Source: Octopus vulgaris
Lineage: Eukaryota
Assembly: GCA_951406725.2 (NCBI GenBank)
Contig: OX597831.1
Coordinates: forward strand, 34,844,001-34,908,000
Length of the DNA stretch: 64,000 bases
Direction: 5' to 3'
The position numbers and the translations under genes are program-made. Of this stretch, positions 39,179 to 52,291 are shown in pieces. The notes under the pieces are model-generated. The model worked only from the letters and a program-made list of their open reading frames with translations. It did not search any database and had not been told where the DNA came from. The stretch's first letter is position 1; each line of letters opens with the position of its first letter.

Positions 39179-39932
39179 TTAAGTTTGTGACCCAAATAAG
39201 TTCCAATGTGTTTGCATCATAAATTTCTCTTGGTGTTTTATCAGACAATGAATACGATTAATTAAATGATTAATTTTTAATTGCAAATTTACAAAATATT
39301 TAATGATGTAAATTTGCCGTAATTTTTCACAAATATTTACATTGTATTAATTAGAGAGTGTTACTGATACAATTTTAATGTGGCTGCAGATCAAGCAATA
39401 AATGCAGATAAGAGAATAATTTCCCACACTATTATCATCATTTTTTTAAACTGTATCTTTACATCTACACTACATTTCAATAACTTTGAGCTCTTGTTAT
39501 TATTAATTGCCTTAAGGTGGTGAGCTGACAGAATTGTTAGCAGGCCGGGCAAAATGCTTAGCTGTATTTCGTCTGCCACTACATTTTGAGTTCAAATTGT
39601 GGTTGGTAAGCAAGCTACTTACCACACAGCCACTCCTACGCCTTGTTAATTAATTCACTTAAAAATAAATATTAATTTCTTTTTCAATGATAAGAAACCT
39701 TTTTTGTATGGATGAACAGGTATAATGCCTAGATGACTCTACAAATATCAGCGGTAATAGTTGTGATAGAGGTGGCAGCATGGAAAGCAGATGTGAAATG
39801 ATGACGCCGATGATGATGGTTGTGTGAGTGTTTGCGATGGTGATGATGATCAGCCTACTGATTTGAACTTAGGACCATGCAATTGATAGTCCCAGAAACC
39901 TCACAGTCAGTTTACCATTTCATAATACTTAC

Positions 39933-39968
39933 CTTGTTAGTGTACATCTGACCTGACAGAGAACGGAT
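39933..39968 (-). other. Candidate micro-exon (36 nt, or 20 nt from the acceptor at 39953-39954)
   Basis: Consensus donor AAG|gtaagt; reads IRSLSGQMYTNK or (G)QMYTNK and ends in phase 0, compatible with exon 28620-28548. Confidence 0.45.
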
Positions 39969-40961
39969 CTACAGTATTCTAATGATAGCATGGTGTGATG
40001 GACATAAGAACACCAGAACTTTGTAAGAATTAGAGCTTTGGCAGTTCAATCCTAGCCCAAGTTCCATATTCATAATCATTCAATGGTAAATGCAAGGTAA
40101 ACCATTTTAGGTTCAATGCTTTACCTGTGCATGTGTACATCCACTCGTTAACTGATGCCAAGTTTAACACAAACACTTGGTCCTTGCAACCATTTAGCTG
40201 AATTCCCCTCTGTTGCAAGCATTAGGACCTTTGGTTTCTTTCATCATCATCTTTAATGTTCACTTTTTCATGCTTGCCTGGACTAAAGCAGATTTTCTGC
40301 AATTAGATGCCCTTCCTATCACCAACTCTTACACGTTTCCAAGCTAGTTAACATTTCCCTAAGGGCAAACATGCTTTTGCAGGATATTGCAAATGAATGA
40401 CTTTCATTTACAACAATCACATGATATGAAGACTTGGAGACACACACATATGACAAGCTTCTTTCAGTTTCTGTCTACCAAACCCACTCAGAAGGCTTTC
40501 GTTGGCCCAGCATTATAATAAAAGACACTTGCTCTAGATGCCATGCAGTAGGATTGATCCTGAAACCATATGGTTGGGAAGCAAACATCTGAACTACACA
40601 TGCCTATGTTATTTCTGTAGATGCTGCTCGTGCTGGGCATTTATAGGATCAGTGTCACCATTTTCAGAGCACCTGTAAAAGTTCAGGTTACATGACCTTT
40701 ATCCAGTGCTACCTTTTGCCTCTAATTGTTTCATTCCTTGGATGCAGCCATGCTTGAACACGGCCTTCAAGGGTTTTAACCAAACTAATCAATCCCACTA
40801 CTTGCATGCTTTTGAAGCCTGGTACTTATTTTATCAGTATCTTTTGCTGAACCACTAAGTTACAAGGATGTACACACACCCAACATCAATTATCAAGTGG
40901 TGGGTGGGGTGACAAAATCACACTTACACATATGTGCACACACACCCACACAGAAACACAA

Positions 40962-41182
40962 GTGGTGGGGAGCTGGCAGAAACATTAGCACGCTGTGCGA
41001 AATGCTTAGTGGTATTTCGTCTGTCGTTACGTTGTGAGTTCAAATTCCGCTGAGGTCGACTTTGCCTTTCATTCTTTCGGGGTCGATAAATTAAGTACCA
41101 GTTACGCACCAGAGTCGATGTAATCAACTTAATCCCTTTGTCTGTCCTTGTTTAGCCCCTTGTGGACAATAAAGAAATAAGA
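40962..41182 (+). mobile_element. Family A SINE, full-length
   Basis: Near-identical organisation to 962-1192. Confidence 0.9.
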
Positions 41183-42297
41183 AACATATGTGGTGGGCTT
41201 CCACACAGTCTCTGCATTCCAAATTCACTCACAAGGTATTTGTTGATCTGGGGCCATAGTAGAAGACCTAAGGTGCTGTACAGTAGAACTGAACCTGAAA
41301 CCATGTGGTTGCAAAGTGAGCTTCTTCACCACACAGCCATGCCTGTGCTTATACAAAAATATTTATTTTAAAAAAATAGTCGGTTAATTATAGAAAACAA
41401 AGCAAAAAACAAATGTTCCAACAGCTAGATTTGTGGCATATAACGTCACTTAAGTTGTTGCCTGCATGTAATAATGTTCATTTCTTATAAATTGTAATTG
41501 CTCTCTCTCTCTCTCTCTCTTTCCTCTACTCCTTGTAAAATGATAATCATAACTGTGTGTGTGTGTGTGTTCTTGCTTGCTCCTCATGTTTCAATGGCTT
41601 TAGTCAGCACTGCATAAGATAGCAGATCCAACAAGTGGAAACAACTAACCCATCTCATATGTATATATATAAATACACATACATACATACATGCATGCAT
41701 GCACATCTTAGTGCTGTGATTTGGCCCGTCTGTTTATGTGCACATGTGCGTTTCTGCTGCTGTTATGGATGTTGCTGTCATCATATTATGCTATAAATAG
41801 AATCATGTCATTTTTTTTCTTTCTTTCCACCAGTTGAAAAAAAAATTTTTTTTCAAATTTTTTGTTATGTTGAAGTCTATTTTATCGTTTGAACAGAATT
41901 AAGTCCCCATGAATAATAATAATAATAATAATAATAATGATAATCCATTTACTGTAGGTCCAAGGCTTGGAATTTTGGTGTAGAGGGCTAGTCAGTGGCA
42001 TCCGCTTACATATTAATATTTTATTGACCCCCCCAAAAAGATGAAAGGTAAAGTTGACTTGAACAGGCATTTGAACTCAGAATGTGTAAAACTGGTAGAA
42101 ATGCCACTGAGCATATAGTCCAATATGTTAACGATTCTACCAGCTCACTGCCTTCAAGAATTATAATAATAATAATAATGATGATGATGCTAAACAAAAG
42201 GGAAAATATAAAAATATACTGATGGAAATTATTTGAAGTATTTATCACTATATATCTGTATCTCTCCCCCTCTCTCTGTCTCTATCTCAGCCTGTCT

Positions 42298-42334
<37 letters not shown>

Positions 42335-45172
42335 TAGCCTGTCTTGTCTTTCTATCTTTGCCTCTCTCCCTCTCTAATCCTCTCTTTGAACATGTGTATG
42401 TATAAAAATATGAAAACTTGGCCCAACACTTTTTATGGATGTGTGTAGGCTAAGATGCTTAGTTCAGCTGAAAGTAGGTTGATTGCTATAGTACTTGACT
42501 TCTATTCGTATTCAGATGGAGTTCTTCCAAAAGAATCACCCAATACAATACCAGCTCTTTGGCTCTGGCAGTGCTTTATACTTCTTTTTTTTTTTTACCT
42601 TTTTTCCCTGTTTTTTTTTTTGTCTTTGTTTTGTGGTTAGTGGTTTTACAGAAACTGCTGTTTCATTAAACCAGTTTTAACTGCTCGTTAACACCCACAT
42701 GCATTAGTAAGAGATATACTATGCACAGATGTGCATTTCCTGCAATTGCTTCAAAGTGCTGGTGTTTATCTTTGACATTGTTTACCATAGTGCCACAATA
42801 CAGTCAGAAACTGCCGAAATAGTCTGGCTTAAATATTCCTTCATCTCTTCTTCGGCTATTACCGGCGTTGGGGATACCTCTTTTAATTCGTGTCATACTA
42901 ACAAAACAAATATTTATTTTTATTTTTGTTTTTAGAGATGAATCCTAATTAGTCATTTTACTAATGAGCTGTGAATTTTTTTTTTTTTTGTTTTTTTGTT
43001 ACAGAATGTATAAATGTAAACGAAGACATGTGTGCACACATTGTTTTTGTTTATCTATTTGTTTTATTTATTGTGCTGCTGCTGCTGCTTTGTCATGGTG
43101 AGAAGGACAATGTCATTGACCCCATATCTGTTTGTTCAGGGCCACCTAAACTTGTAGGAGAAGAAAGGGTAAGGCAGAGTTATACATAAATGGGGACCTG
43201 GATTTGATGTAGGCCACAGAGCCCACTCCATTACAAAACACAGCCAAGGACCAGGTGGTGGTGTGGGGGTGGAGTGTAGGTGGTAAACCAGGTGGCAGAA
43301 ACACCCAAGAATTCAGAACACTAAATACAAAGAGTCAGAACAAATATCATGACAGCAGTCTCATCTGATTCTATCAAGCTCCCAAACCACTCCCTCTTGG
43401 GTTATTTCTTCTGTTGCCACTTAACACCTCTTATGTTTATCTCACCATTTGCCTTTATACATCTAGAAATGCCCTCTTGCCTTTCTTCCCTTCACTGCAC
43501 CCACCTACTTTTCCCCTGCTCCTTTCTTTCTCCCTCTCCCTCTCTCTCGCTCCCGCTTCATCACTCCCTCATAAACAAGGTTTGTTTTGCATATTCATTC
43601 TCTGCTCTCTCTCTCTTCTTCCTATCTTTTTGCTACCCTGTAGCATCTCTTTCTTGCCCCTGAACCTTATGACTCTGCCCACACAATCTGTTCATACTCA
43701 CTTCTCTTAATGTTGGATAGCCCTTGACACTCTTCTTACACAACCCAACTTAACATCTTTCAAAATTTTTACAAACAAACCCGGCAATATGGTAGATGGG
43801 CTGGTGTACTGTATGGCATGGAACTGTTAAGAGTGTGTGTGTGTATGGATTGGTGAGAGGAAGAGCATCATATTGTGCCAAGGGAAATCAGCAATTTTCT
43901 CTTTTCCTCTGTATTCCAGAAAACAAGGGACTGCATCAGGTGAGATGCTTTGAAGCCCATCCAGTGTATGCAGGTTGAGGAAATAGGGGCATAAATAATG
44001 ATGATGATATGCGTATATATTCAGAGACACACACACACACACACACAGATATGTGTGTATTATATTTCCCTGCTCTACCAGCTCTATTCCATGCAGTTAC
44101 TTTAAATAACACACTTTAGGGACCTCTCCTCTCATTTTATGCATTTCAAATGTTTTTGTTTTTTGCTTCTCTTCTTTTTGCCCATCCTTCAAGTAGGCAC
44201 ACAGTAACCATCTGTGTGTTTTGTTCTTTATGATCTCCTGTTACAGACACATCAGGTCACCTACTTAAACTGTTCATACTTATCGCATAAGCATCTTTAT
44301 GTGTCCTACTTTTTTTTTTTGTGTGTGTGTGTGTGTGTGTTACATGTTTTAAAACCATCCAATTATATAGCAATAACAATTAGGCATAAATAAAATGTAA
44401 TGATGACTGTTATTTCTATGCTGTGTGTATGTTTGCGTATTGAATTAGTTCAAGTGAGAATTTATGAAGACAGGCTTGACTGTGTAATTTCTGAATTGCT
44501 ATTACTAAAATTTTGAAAGCAATATTTTTTCACTCAAGTTGTACAGCACAAAAACGAATATAATATTCTGGATTTTCCAAGACTGTCATCTTTCGGTTTT
44601 GGTTCCCACATTGTCACAACAGCAACACCAGCAGTAATGGCGGTGGTGGTCGTTGTCATCCTCTTAATGGTAAGTGTGGTGGTGGTTGTAGTAGTAGTGG
44701 TTGTGGTGGTGACAGTAGTTGTTGCTGTTATCGTTGTGCAATCCTCTAGGGTTACCCCTGATGGGGGAAAAGCATTCCAGCTTTGGCCATCAGGGTTTTT
44801 ATTTGTCATACGCATCATGTCTCCCAAGAATGTGTTTTCCCTTTTTCTTTAAGATGTAGTAATGTGTGATTCAAGGCAAACTTGGTTACTAGGAAGAGTG
44901 ACTGTGCAGAGTCACTCAACAGTGTCTTTTATTTATTTTCACAAGCACCACTATAGTATTCACTCAAAAATGTAATCACCACCGCACACACACACGTACA
45001 CACATATGTTGACACCTTTCTGTTTACGGCAAGAAATTTTCACCATGGCAAAATACAGTGAATAGCTTTCTTTTGGCTTTGAATATGCCTGAAGCAGATT
45101 TGAAGTTTGTATTTTTACACATCACTGCTTAGTGCTTGCTGTCACCCTAAATATACATTCACACAGAGGGTC

Positions 45173-45520
45173 AGGACCCCCTTTGGTCATGAATGACCAT
45201 CAGATTGCACCTAGAAAGTTCCCCTTCCGAAGCACAAGTCTAGACAAGGTTGTTTATGAAAGACCAGCAGTCACTCTTGCATACCACTTCATTCCTCCCC
45301 ACTTCATTCCTCCAATGTTATCCAAGGGAACGGCAAAGGCTGATACAGCTTGGCACCAGTGACGTTGCAACTCATTTCTACAGCTGAGTGAATTGGAGCA
45401 ATGGGAAATAAAGTGTCTTGCTCAAGAACACAACACACAGCACACAGTCCAGTCTGAGAATTGAACTCACTACTTTGTGATTGTGAGCCTTTGCTCTAAC
45501 CACTGAGCCATGTGCCTTTG
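45173..45520 (-). mobile_element. Family D-head SINE variant with a different 3' part
   Basis: aaataaagtgtcttgctcaagaacacaac...ctaaccactgagcc in reverse; homologous to 59630-59945. Confidence 0.8.
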
Positions 45521-45541
45521 CTACACACATACATACATATA

Positions 45542-45925
45542 GGCGCAGGAGTGGCTGTGTGGTAAGTAGCTTGCTAATCAACCGCATGGTTCCGGGTTCA
45601 GTCCCACTGCGTGGCATCTTGGGCAACTGTCTTCTGCTATAGCCCCGGGCCGACCAATGCCTTGTGAGTGGATTTGGTAGACGGAAACTGAAAGAAGCCC
45701 GTCGTATATATGTATATATGTGTGTGTGTTTGTGTGTCTGTGTTTGTCCCCCTAGCATTGCTTGACAACCGATGCTGGTGTGTTTACGTCCCCGTCACTT
45801 AGAGACCGATAGAATAAGTACTTGGCTTACAAAGAATAAGTCCCGGGGTCGATTTGCTCGACTAAAGGCGGTGCTCCAGCATAGCCGCAGTCAAATGACT
45901 GAAACAAGTAAAAGATAAAAGATAA
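45542..45925 (+). mobile_element. Family B SINE, young full-length copy
   Basis: ggcgcaggagtggctgtgtggtaagtagc...gaaacaagtaaaagataaaagataaag; CpGs retained. Confidence 0.92.
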
Positions 45926-47139
45926 AGATAAGATAAAGATACATATAAATAAATTATATATACATATATATACATACACACATGCATATATAGGTACAGG
46001 GTGTCACCAACAATGCAAATAACATACACACGTGAGATAGATACAAGGCATGAACAGTAATTACAGGATGAAAGCAAGTGAAATACATAAACTAGAAAAA
46101 AAAGGATAACAGGACAAGTTAACAGAGAGAAAGGACTCTTTATCAGTTGTTGGCTGTCTATCTACCCCTCATTTCAATCATTCAAACGACAATATGAATC
46201 TCCTAAAATAAAATTTAGGATTTATGGAGGGTCGAAGTTGGGAACAAAAAAATAACAGTGGAGACATACAAGGAAATCTGAAATATATATGTGTGTATAT
46301 ATATTTATACATGACTGGTGTTCAGCCAATGCTGGCATTTATTTTCCCAGGAGAACAAAAGGCACAAGTAGACCTGGCTAGGATTTGAACTCAGACCTTA
46401 AAAGTGATGTAACTGATTAATACCACTAGATACCTTATTAAAGACTTCTGATTTTTTACCCTGCATCCATCTTTCTTTCAACCTCAGAGGAAGCAAAGTG
46501 ATGACAAAGGAAAAGAAACAGCCCAAGTGTATTGTGTTGGGTGAATTCATGGGTGGATTGTTGGGTAGATGTTCAAGTGGCAATAGAAAGAAGGTTCATG
46601 GTTACTGCCGTTGTTGTTACTCTTCTCCTCCTCTTCCTCCTTCTTCTTCATTTTTCTTCTTTCATTTCTTTTCCTTCTCTTTTTCCTCTTTCTTCATCAT
46701 CATCATTACTCAAAGGAGGCAAGGAATGGCTCCCATTTAAATCCAATTGTACCTCTACCACATCACTAGAAACATCACTACCGCAGCCTCTTCTACCACC
46801 CCCACTCCTGTTGCTAAATCTACATCGCACACCATTATCATCTTCTCATTGTCTATATTATCAACTTCACCACTGCCACCACCACTACCATATCATGGAA
46901 TATTCTTGAATAACTTTGTTCTTTGCAGAAACAATTAAACCATCAGGAGTTCTTTGAATAGACCTATTCTTTTTTTTTTTTTTTTTTGATATTCTTTTTG
47001 CCTTTTTTTCAAACCTCTGGAGGAATAGCTTTACTTTCTTTCATCCCCCCCCCCGTTCTGTTATTTTTTTTTTTTTTACTTTTCACATTTCAACTCTTGA
47101 ATATCATCATCATCATTATTATTATCATCATTATTATTA

Positions 47140-47888
47140 AGACAGTGAGCTGGCAGAATCATTAACACCCTGAGCAAAATGCTTAGCAGTATTTTGTCTG
47201 CCACTATGTTCTGAGTTCAAATTCCGCCAAGACTGACTTTGCCTTTCATCCTTTCGGGGGTCGATAAATTAAGTACCAGTGAAACACTAAGGTTGATGTA
47301 ATCGACTAGTCCCCTCCCTCAAAATGGCTACCCTTGTGGCAAAATTTGAAACTGTTATTATTATTATTATTTTGAAGGTGGCGAGCTAGCAGAGTTGTTA
47401 CAATATCAGGCAAAAAAGTTTAGTGGCCTTTCATCTGTCTTTATGTCCTGAGTTCAAATTTTGCAACGGTTGACTTGGCCTATTCATCCTTTCAAGGCCA
47501 ATAAAATAAGTAGCAGTCAAGGAATGGAGTTGCTGTAATCAACTTGTCCTCTCCATCAAAATTTAGGGTCTTGTGACTCTATTAGAAATGAATATTATTA
47601 AAGGTAGCAAGCTGGCCGTGTTGTTAGCACACTGGATGAACTGCTTAGCAGTATTTTGCACATCGCTATGTTCTGTGTTCAAATTCTGCCAAGGCTGACT
47701 TTGTCTTTCATCCTTTTGGCGTTGATAAATGAAGTACCAGTGAAACACTGGGGTCAATTAGATCAACTAGTTCCCACTCTCAAAATGTCAGGTCTTGTGC
47801 TTATAGTAGAAAGGATTGTCATTGTTTAGGCGATGAGCTGGCAGAATCGTTAGTATGCCAGGCAACATGCTCAGTGATGTTTTGTCTT
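47140..47888 (+). mobile_element. Tandem array of four family A SINE copies
   Basis: Heads near 47140, 47376, 47601 and 47829, each preceded by a TTA-rich spacer. Confidence 0.88.
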
Positions 47889-47891
47889 TAA

Positions 47892-48499
47892 CCCTTTAAT
47901 GTTTAAACAAGCCACATTGGGCCTGCATACTCTTCCTGTTTTATATTCAAACTGGTCAGATGTGGTCTCTCACACCTCCCCTACAATGTCAGGAGTGGCT
48001 GTGCAGTAAGTAGCTTGCTTACCAGCCACATGGTTCCGGGTTCATTCCCACTATGTGGCACCTTGGGCAAGTGTCTTTTGCTATAGCCTCGGGCCGACCA
48101 GTGGATTTGTGAGTGGATTTGGTAGATGGAAACTGAAAGTAGCCCGTTATATATATATATATGTGTATGTGTGTGTGTGTGTATATGTTTGTGTGTCTGT
48201 GTTTGTCCCCCCAACATCGCTTGACAACCGATGGTGGTGTGTTTACGTCCCAGTAACTTAGCGGTTCAGCAAAAGAGACCGATAGAATAAGTACTAGGCT
48301 TCCAAAAAATAAGTCCTGGGGGTCTATTTGCTCGACTAAAAGGCGGTGCTCCAGCATGGCCGCAGTCAAGTGACTGAAACGAGTAAAAGAGTAATCACAT
48401 CATCGACACCTCAAGGATATGAGCTAATTGCATGTTTAATTAAAAACAGAGTGGATAAACAAGCATTAGCTTCGAAAGAGTAATCGAAATGCTAAAGGA
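47892..48499 (+). mobile_element. piggyBac-type MITE interrupted by a family B SINE (47991-48392)
   Basis: ttaa|ccctttaat left end; ccctacaatgtc then the SINE; resumes aatcacatcatc...gctaaagga|ttaa. Confidence 0.8.
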
Positions 48500-48743
48500 T
48501 TAAAGTGGAAAGCTGGCTGAATTGGTATTGCATTGGACAGAATGCATGGCAGCATTTCTTCCTTCTCTTTGTTTATATTGTGAGTTCAAATCCTGTCATG
48601 GACAGCTTTGCTTTTCGTTCTGTTGAACTTGATAAAATGAGGTCCAGTCAAGTACCACTCTTAACACTAGCACCACCACACCAGCACCTGTGTGTGTGTG
48701 TGTGTGTGTCCTGCGACGAAAGAACTTTGGCAAAGAAACTAAA

Positions 48744-49140
48744 ATCATCATCATCATCGTTTAGCGTCCGTTTTCCATGCTAGCATGGGTTGGACGGTTC
48801 TACTGGGGTCTGTGAAGCCAGAAGGCTTCATCAGGCCCAGTCAAATCTGGCAGTGTTTCTACGGCTGGATGCCCTTCCTAACGCCAACCACTCCATGAGT
48901 GTAGTGGGTGCTTTTTACGTGCCACCCGCACAGGTGCCAGACAGAGCTGGCAAACGGCCACGAACGGATGGTGCTTTTTATGTGCCACCGGCATGGGGGC
49001 CAGGCGAGGCTGGCAACGGACACGAACGGATGGTGCTTTTTACGTGCCACCGGCACGAGGCCAGTCGGGGCGGCGCTGGTAACGGTTGCGAAACGGAAGG
49101 TTCTCTTACATGCCACCGGCACTGGTAACACATCTGCAAT
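48744..49140 (-). mobile_element. Family C SINE, young CpG-rich copy with ~4 internal tandem units
   Basis: (CAT)n start; repeated ggtgctttttacgtgccaccggcac...ctggcaacgg.cacgaacggat. Confidence 0.88.
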
Positions 49141-49802
49141 TTCCAAAGGACTATGGCAAGTGGTGAAAGTGTGGTGACCAGGCTTGCTTGAAACTTGTTA
49201 GGTTTAGGGAAAGTCACAGCACCTGCAAACCAGATACAAAAACTAAATAAAACTAAAGTTAAGGACAGATATATATAGTGTGTGTGTGTATGTGTTTTAT
49301 TGGCAAAATATGACCATTCCCAAGTATAGCAATACACACACACATGCCTATGCAAGACAACATCCTTATACATACTTTTACTAACACATTCTGTTCTCAG
49401 TATCCATATATCTACCATTGTCTATCACGAGCTGTCTGCTGTGCTCTATTTGACTACAGACTATTATCTACTCCCCGCCCCACCTCCTTCTCATTCTCTC
49501 TTTCTCTCTCACTTCTTCAAGTGATCCTGTTAATATCAGCGAAAATGGTCAAAGGAAATAAATAAATGTTCCCTCTAGGCCAATCTGTTTGCCTGCCTGT
49601 CTGCTAATATCCATAATTATTAACTGTTGTCGTTTGAACAGAACTGTAAACTGTGTCAGTGAAGTCACTGAAGTCACATGGCTTACTCGGTTGGGTGCCA
49701 TCAAATTTTTTTTTTTTTTTTAATGTTGTAGTAGGAATGTTGTGCATTTCATAATGTTTGATGTGTGAAAGGGCAGGGTGTCATTTTAATAGAAAGTGAG
49801 AT

Positions 49803-50168
49803 ATGGTTCTGGGTTCAGTCCCACTGCGTGGCATCTTGGGCAAGTGTCTTCTGCTATAGCCCCGGGCCGACCAATGCCTTGTGAGTGGATTTGGTAGATG
49901 GAAACTGAAAGAAGCCTGTCGTATATATGTATATATATATATGTATGTATGTTTGTGTGTCTGTGTTTGTCCCCCTAGCATTGCTTGACAACCGATGCTG
50001 GTGTGTTCACGTCCCCATCACTTAGCGGTTCGGCAAAAAGAGACCGATAGAATAAGCACTGGGCTTACAAAGAATAAGTCCCGGGGTCGAGTTGCTCAAC
50101 TAAAGGCGGTGCTCCAGCATGGCCGCAGTCAAATGACTGAAACAAGTAAAAAGAGTAAAAAAAAGAGT
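49803..50168 (+). mobile_element. Family B SINE, 5'-truncated young copy
   Basis: Shares diagnostic variants with the 24811 and 45542 copies. Confidence 0.9.
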
Positions 50169-50377
50169 ATAGCGCGCGCGCGCACTCACGCACACACACA
50201 CACACACACACCACCACCACCATCATTACCATTATCATCATCATTTAACTTTCGCTCACTTTCCCTTGCATGCATGGGGTCCGGTGGAATCTAGTGAGGC
50301 AGATTTTCTCTAGCTGGATGCCCTTCCTGCATCCAACTTCCACCTGTTTCCGAACAAGAAAACGCTTCCCAATATAT

Positions 50378-50991
50378 ATTTCTTTATTGCCCACAAGGGG
50401 CTAAACACAGAGGGGACAAACAAGGACAGACAAAGGGATTAAGTCGATTACACCAACCCCAGTGCAAAACTGGCACTTAATTTATCGACCCCCGAAAGGA
50501 TGAAAGGCAAAGTCGACCTAGGCGGAATTTGAACTCACAACAGAACGGTAGATGAAATACGGCTACGCATTTCACCCGGCGTGCTAACGATTCTGCCAGC
50601 TTGCCGCCTTGCATAACATTATAATGCTTCCCTATAGCCAATGGAAAGGAACAACATCACTGGTATAATGGTGATGCACATTTACAACCATCGTATGATA
50701 TCACTTTTGCCAAACCGCTAAGTTTCGGGGATGTAAACACACCAGCATTGGTTGTCATGCAATGTTGGGGGGACAAACACAAACACATGAACACACACAC
50801 ACACACATACACATATATATTATATATACGATGGGCTTCTTTCAGTTTCTGGCTACCAAATCCACTCACAAGGCTTTGGTCAGCCCAAGGCTATAGTAGC
50901 AGATACTTGCCCAAGGTGCCATGCAGTGGGATTGAACTTGGAACCATATGGTTGGTAAGCAAGCTACTTACCATACAGCCACTCCTGTACC
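50378..50991 (-). mobile_element. Family A SINE (~50378-50610) and family B SINE (~50704-50991), both reverse
   Basis: Reverse complements of the respective family sequences. Confidence 0.88.
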
Positions 50992-51355
50992 TATATATAT
51001 ATATATAAAATGAAAGAAGGACGTGGAAAATGGAGTTAGCAAGAGTCCTTATTCAATGCATTTTGACCCATTCTGCATCTGCCCCTTGCAGGTGGAATAT
51101 TGTTCAGCTAGTTGTGTTGCATCCACCAGTGCAGAATGCATCTTGTCGGATGTCTTGTTTAAAATAAAGATTCTTAGTGACTCTATTTTCCATTTCCTTC
51201 CTTCATTATAAACTCAACAAACACTGCAGAATTCCTGCCGTTGATCCAGTGACACATCATAACTCTGGATGACATCAGGTAGCTTAAACGGTGAAAGTGC
51301 TTTAATCAGCATACTACTAACCATATACCCATGGTCCAAATAATTACTTATATAT

Positions 51356-51760
51356 ACACACACACACACAGGCATGCGCACACACACAAGCACAGACACG
51401 CACACACAAGCACACGCACACACAAGCACAGGCAGGCGCACACAAGCACAGGCGCACACATACACAGGCATGCACAGGTACGTATACACACACATACAAA
51501 CACAGGCACACACACACAAGCACAGACATGCACACACACACACACACACACACACACAGGCACGCACTCTCGCACAGGCACACACACACACAGACAAGTA
51601 CACACACACACAAGCGCACACACACACACACACAAGCATAGGCACGCACACACACACACATGCACAGTCACGCACGCACACAAACACAGGCACGCATACT
51701 AACAAAGACAGGCACACATGCAGACACTGCCACCCACACACACACACACAGACACTCGCA
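51356..51760. repeat. Complex (CA)n-based microsatellite/minisatellite
   Basis: ~400 bp of cacaca interrupted by ggca/agca/gacg; gives rise to the VCVC/HTHT pseudo-ORFs. Confidence 0.95.
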
Positions 51761-52218
51761 CAACATTATAATTGTTTCATTTTCCAAATAACACGTCAAA
51801 CTAACGAATATAAAGATGAGAATAGGTTGCGGTTTTTTTTTTTTTATTTTTATTTTATAATTTCCCATATTACAACTTATTTTAGTTCAAGTGAATTAAT
51901 GTGGTTCTTTTCCTCTTTCGTTATTGCAATTTTGAATTTGACATCTCTCACTTCCACATGCTCTTTCTCTCTCTCACACACACATACTCTTTTACTTCAA
52001 ATCATGGACATAGACTTGTACTTGTGTACACACTAGTGTGTGTGTGTGATACATATACATATATATACATGCACTCTTTACCCAGCTTATACTTTCTGTT
52101 ATTCACTTTAGTTCATACACATGCCAACACAAACTTTTTCTCTTATTTCTACCATGGACATGTGTCTGAATAATTTTCCAATTTGTTTCTCCTGAGCTAC
52201 ATTACACACACATTCACA

Positions 52219-52266
<48 letters not shown>

Positions 52267-52291
52267 TAAAATCAGTAAGATAATGGTAAGA

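Noticed and set aside
28548-39968. Joined peptide SGQMYTNKKLDTGERQY resembles a cadherin repeat (G.I.T...LDRE...Y)
   Set aside because: The LDRE and A.D.G calcium-binding motifs are absent, and the join itself is hypothetical.
42876-42896. MTRIKRG resembles the start of plastid/bacterial ribosomal protein L20
   Set aside because: The similarity ends after seven residues; chance match.
44534-44827. Thr-rich mucin-like ORF
   Set aside because: Derived from (ACC/ACT/ACA)n trinucleotide tracts; no splice support.
46130-46160. CUGAUAAAG on the minus strand as another hammerhead
   Set aside because: The core is mutated and no matching GAAA/stem III was found.
21181-51200. Plus-strand acceptor-plus-short-peptide candidates (21181 xWMKDVSARTAHTLEY*, 42517, 46487, 49518, 51091)
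   Set aside because: None matches CDC40, most follow CT-rich tracts and lack clear donors. Kept only as a caution on the pseudo-exon background.
51214-52036. Long ORFs of 105-220 aa (VCVC.../HTHT...)
   Set aside because: Translations of the (CA)n-based repeat; open in many frames on both strands.
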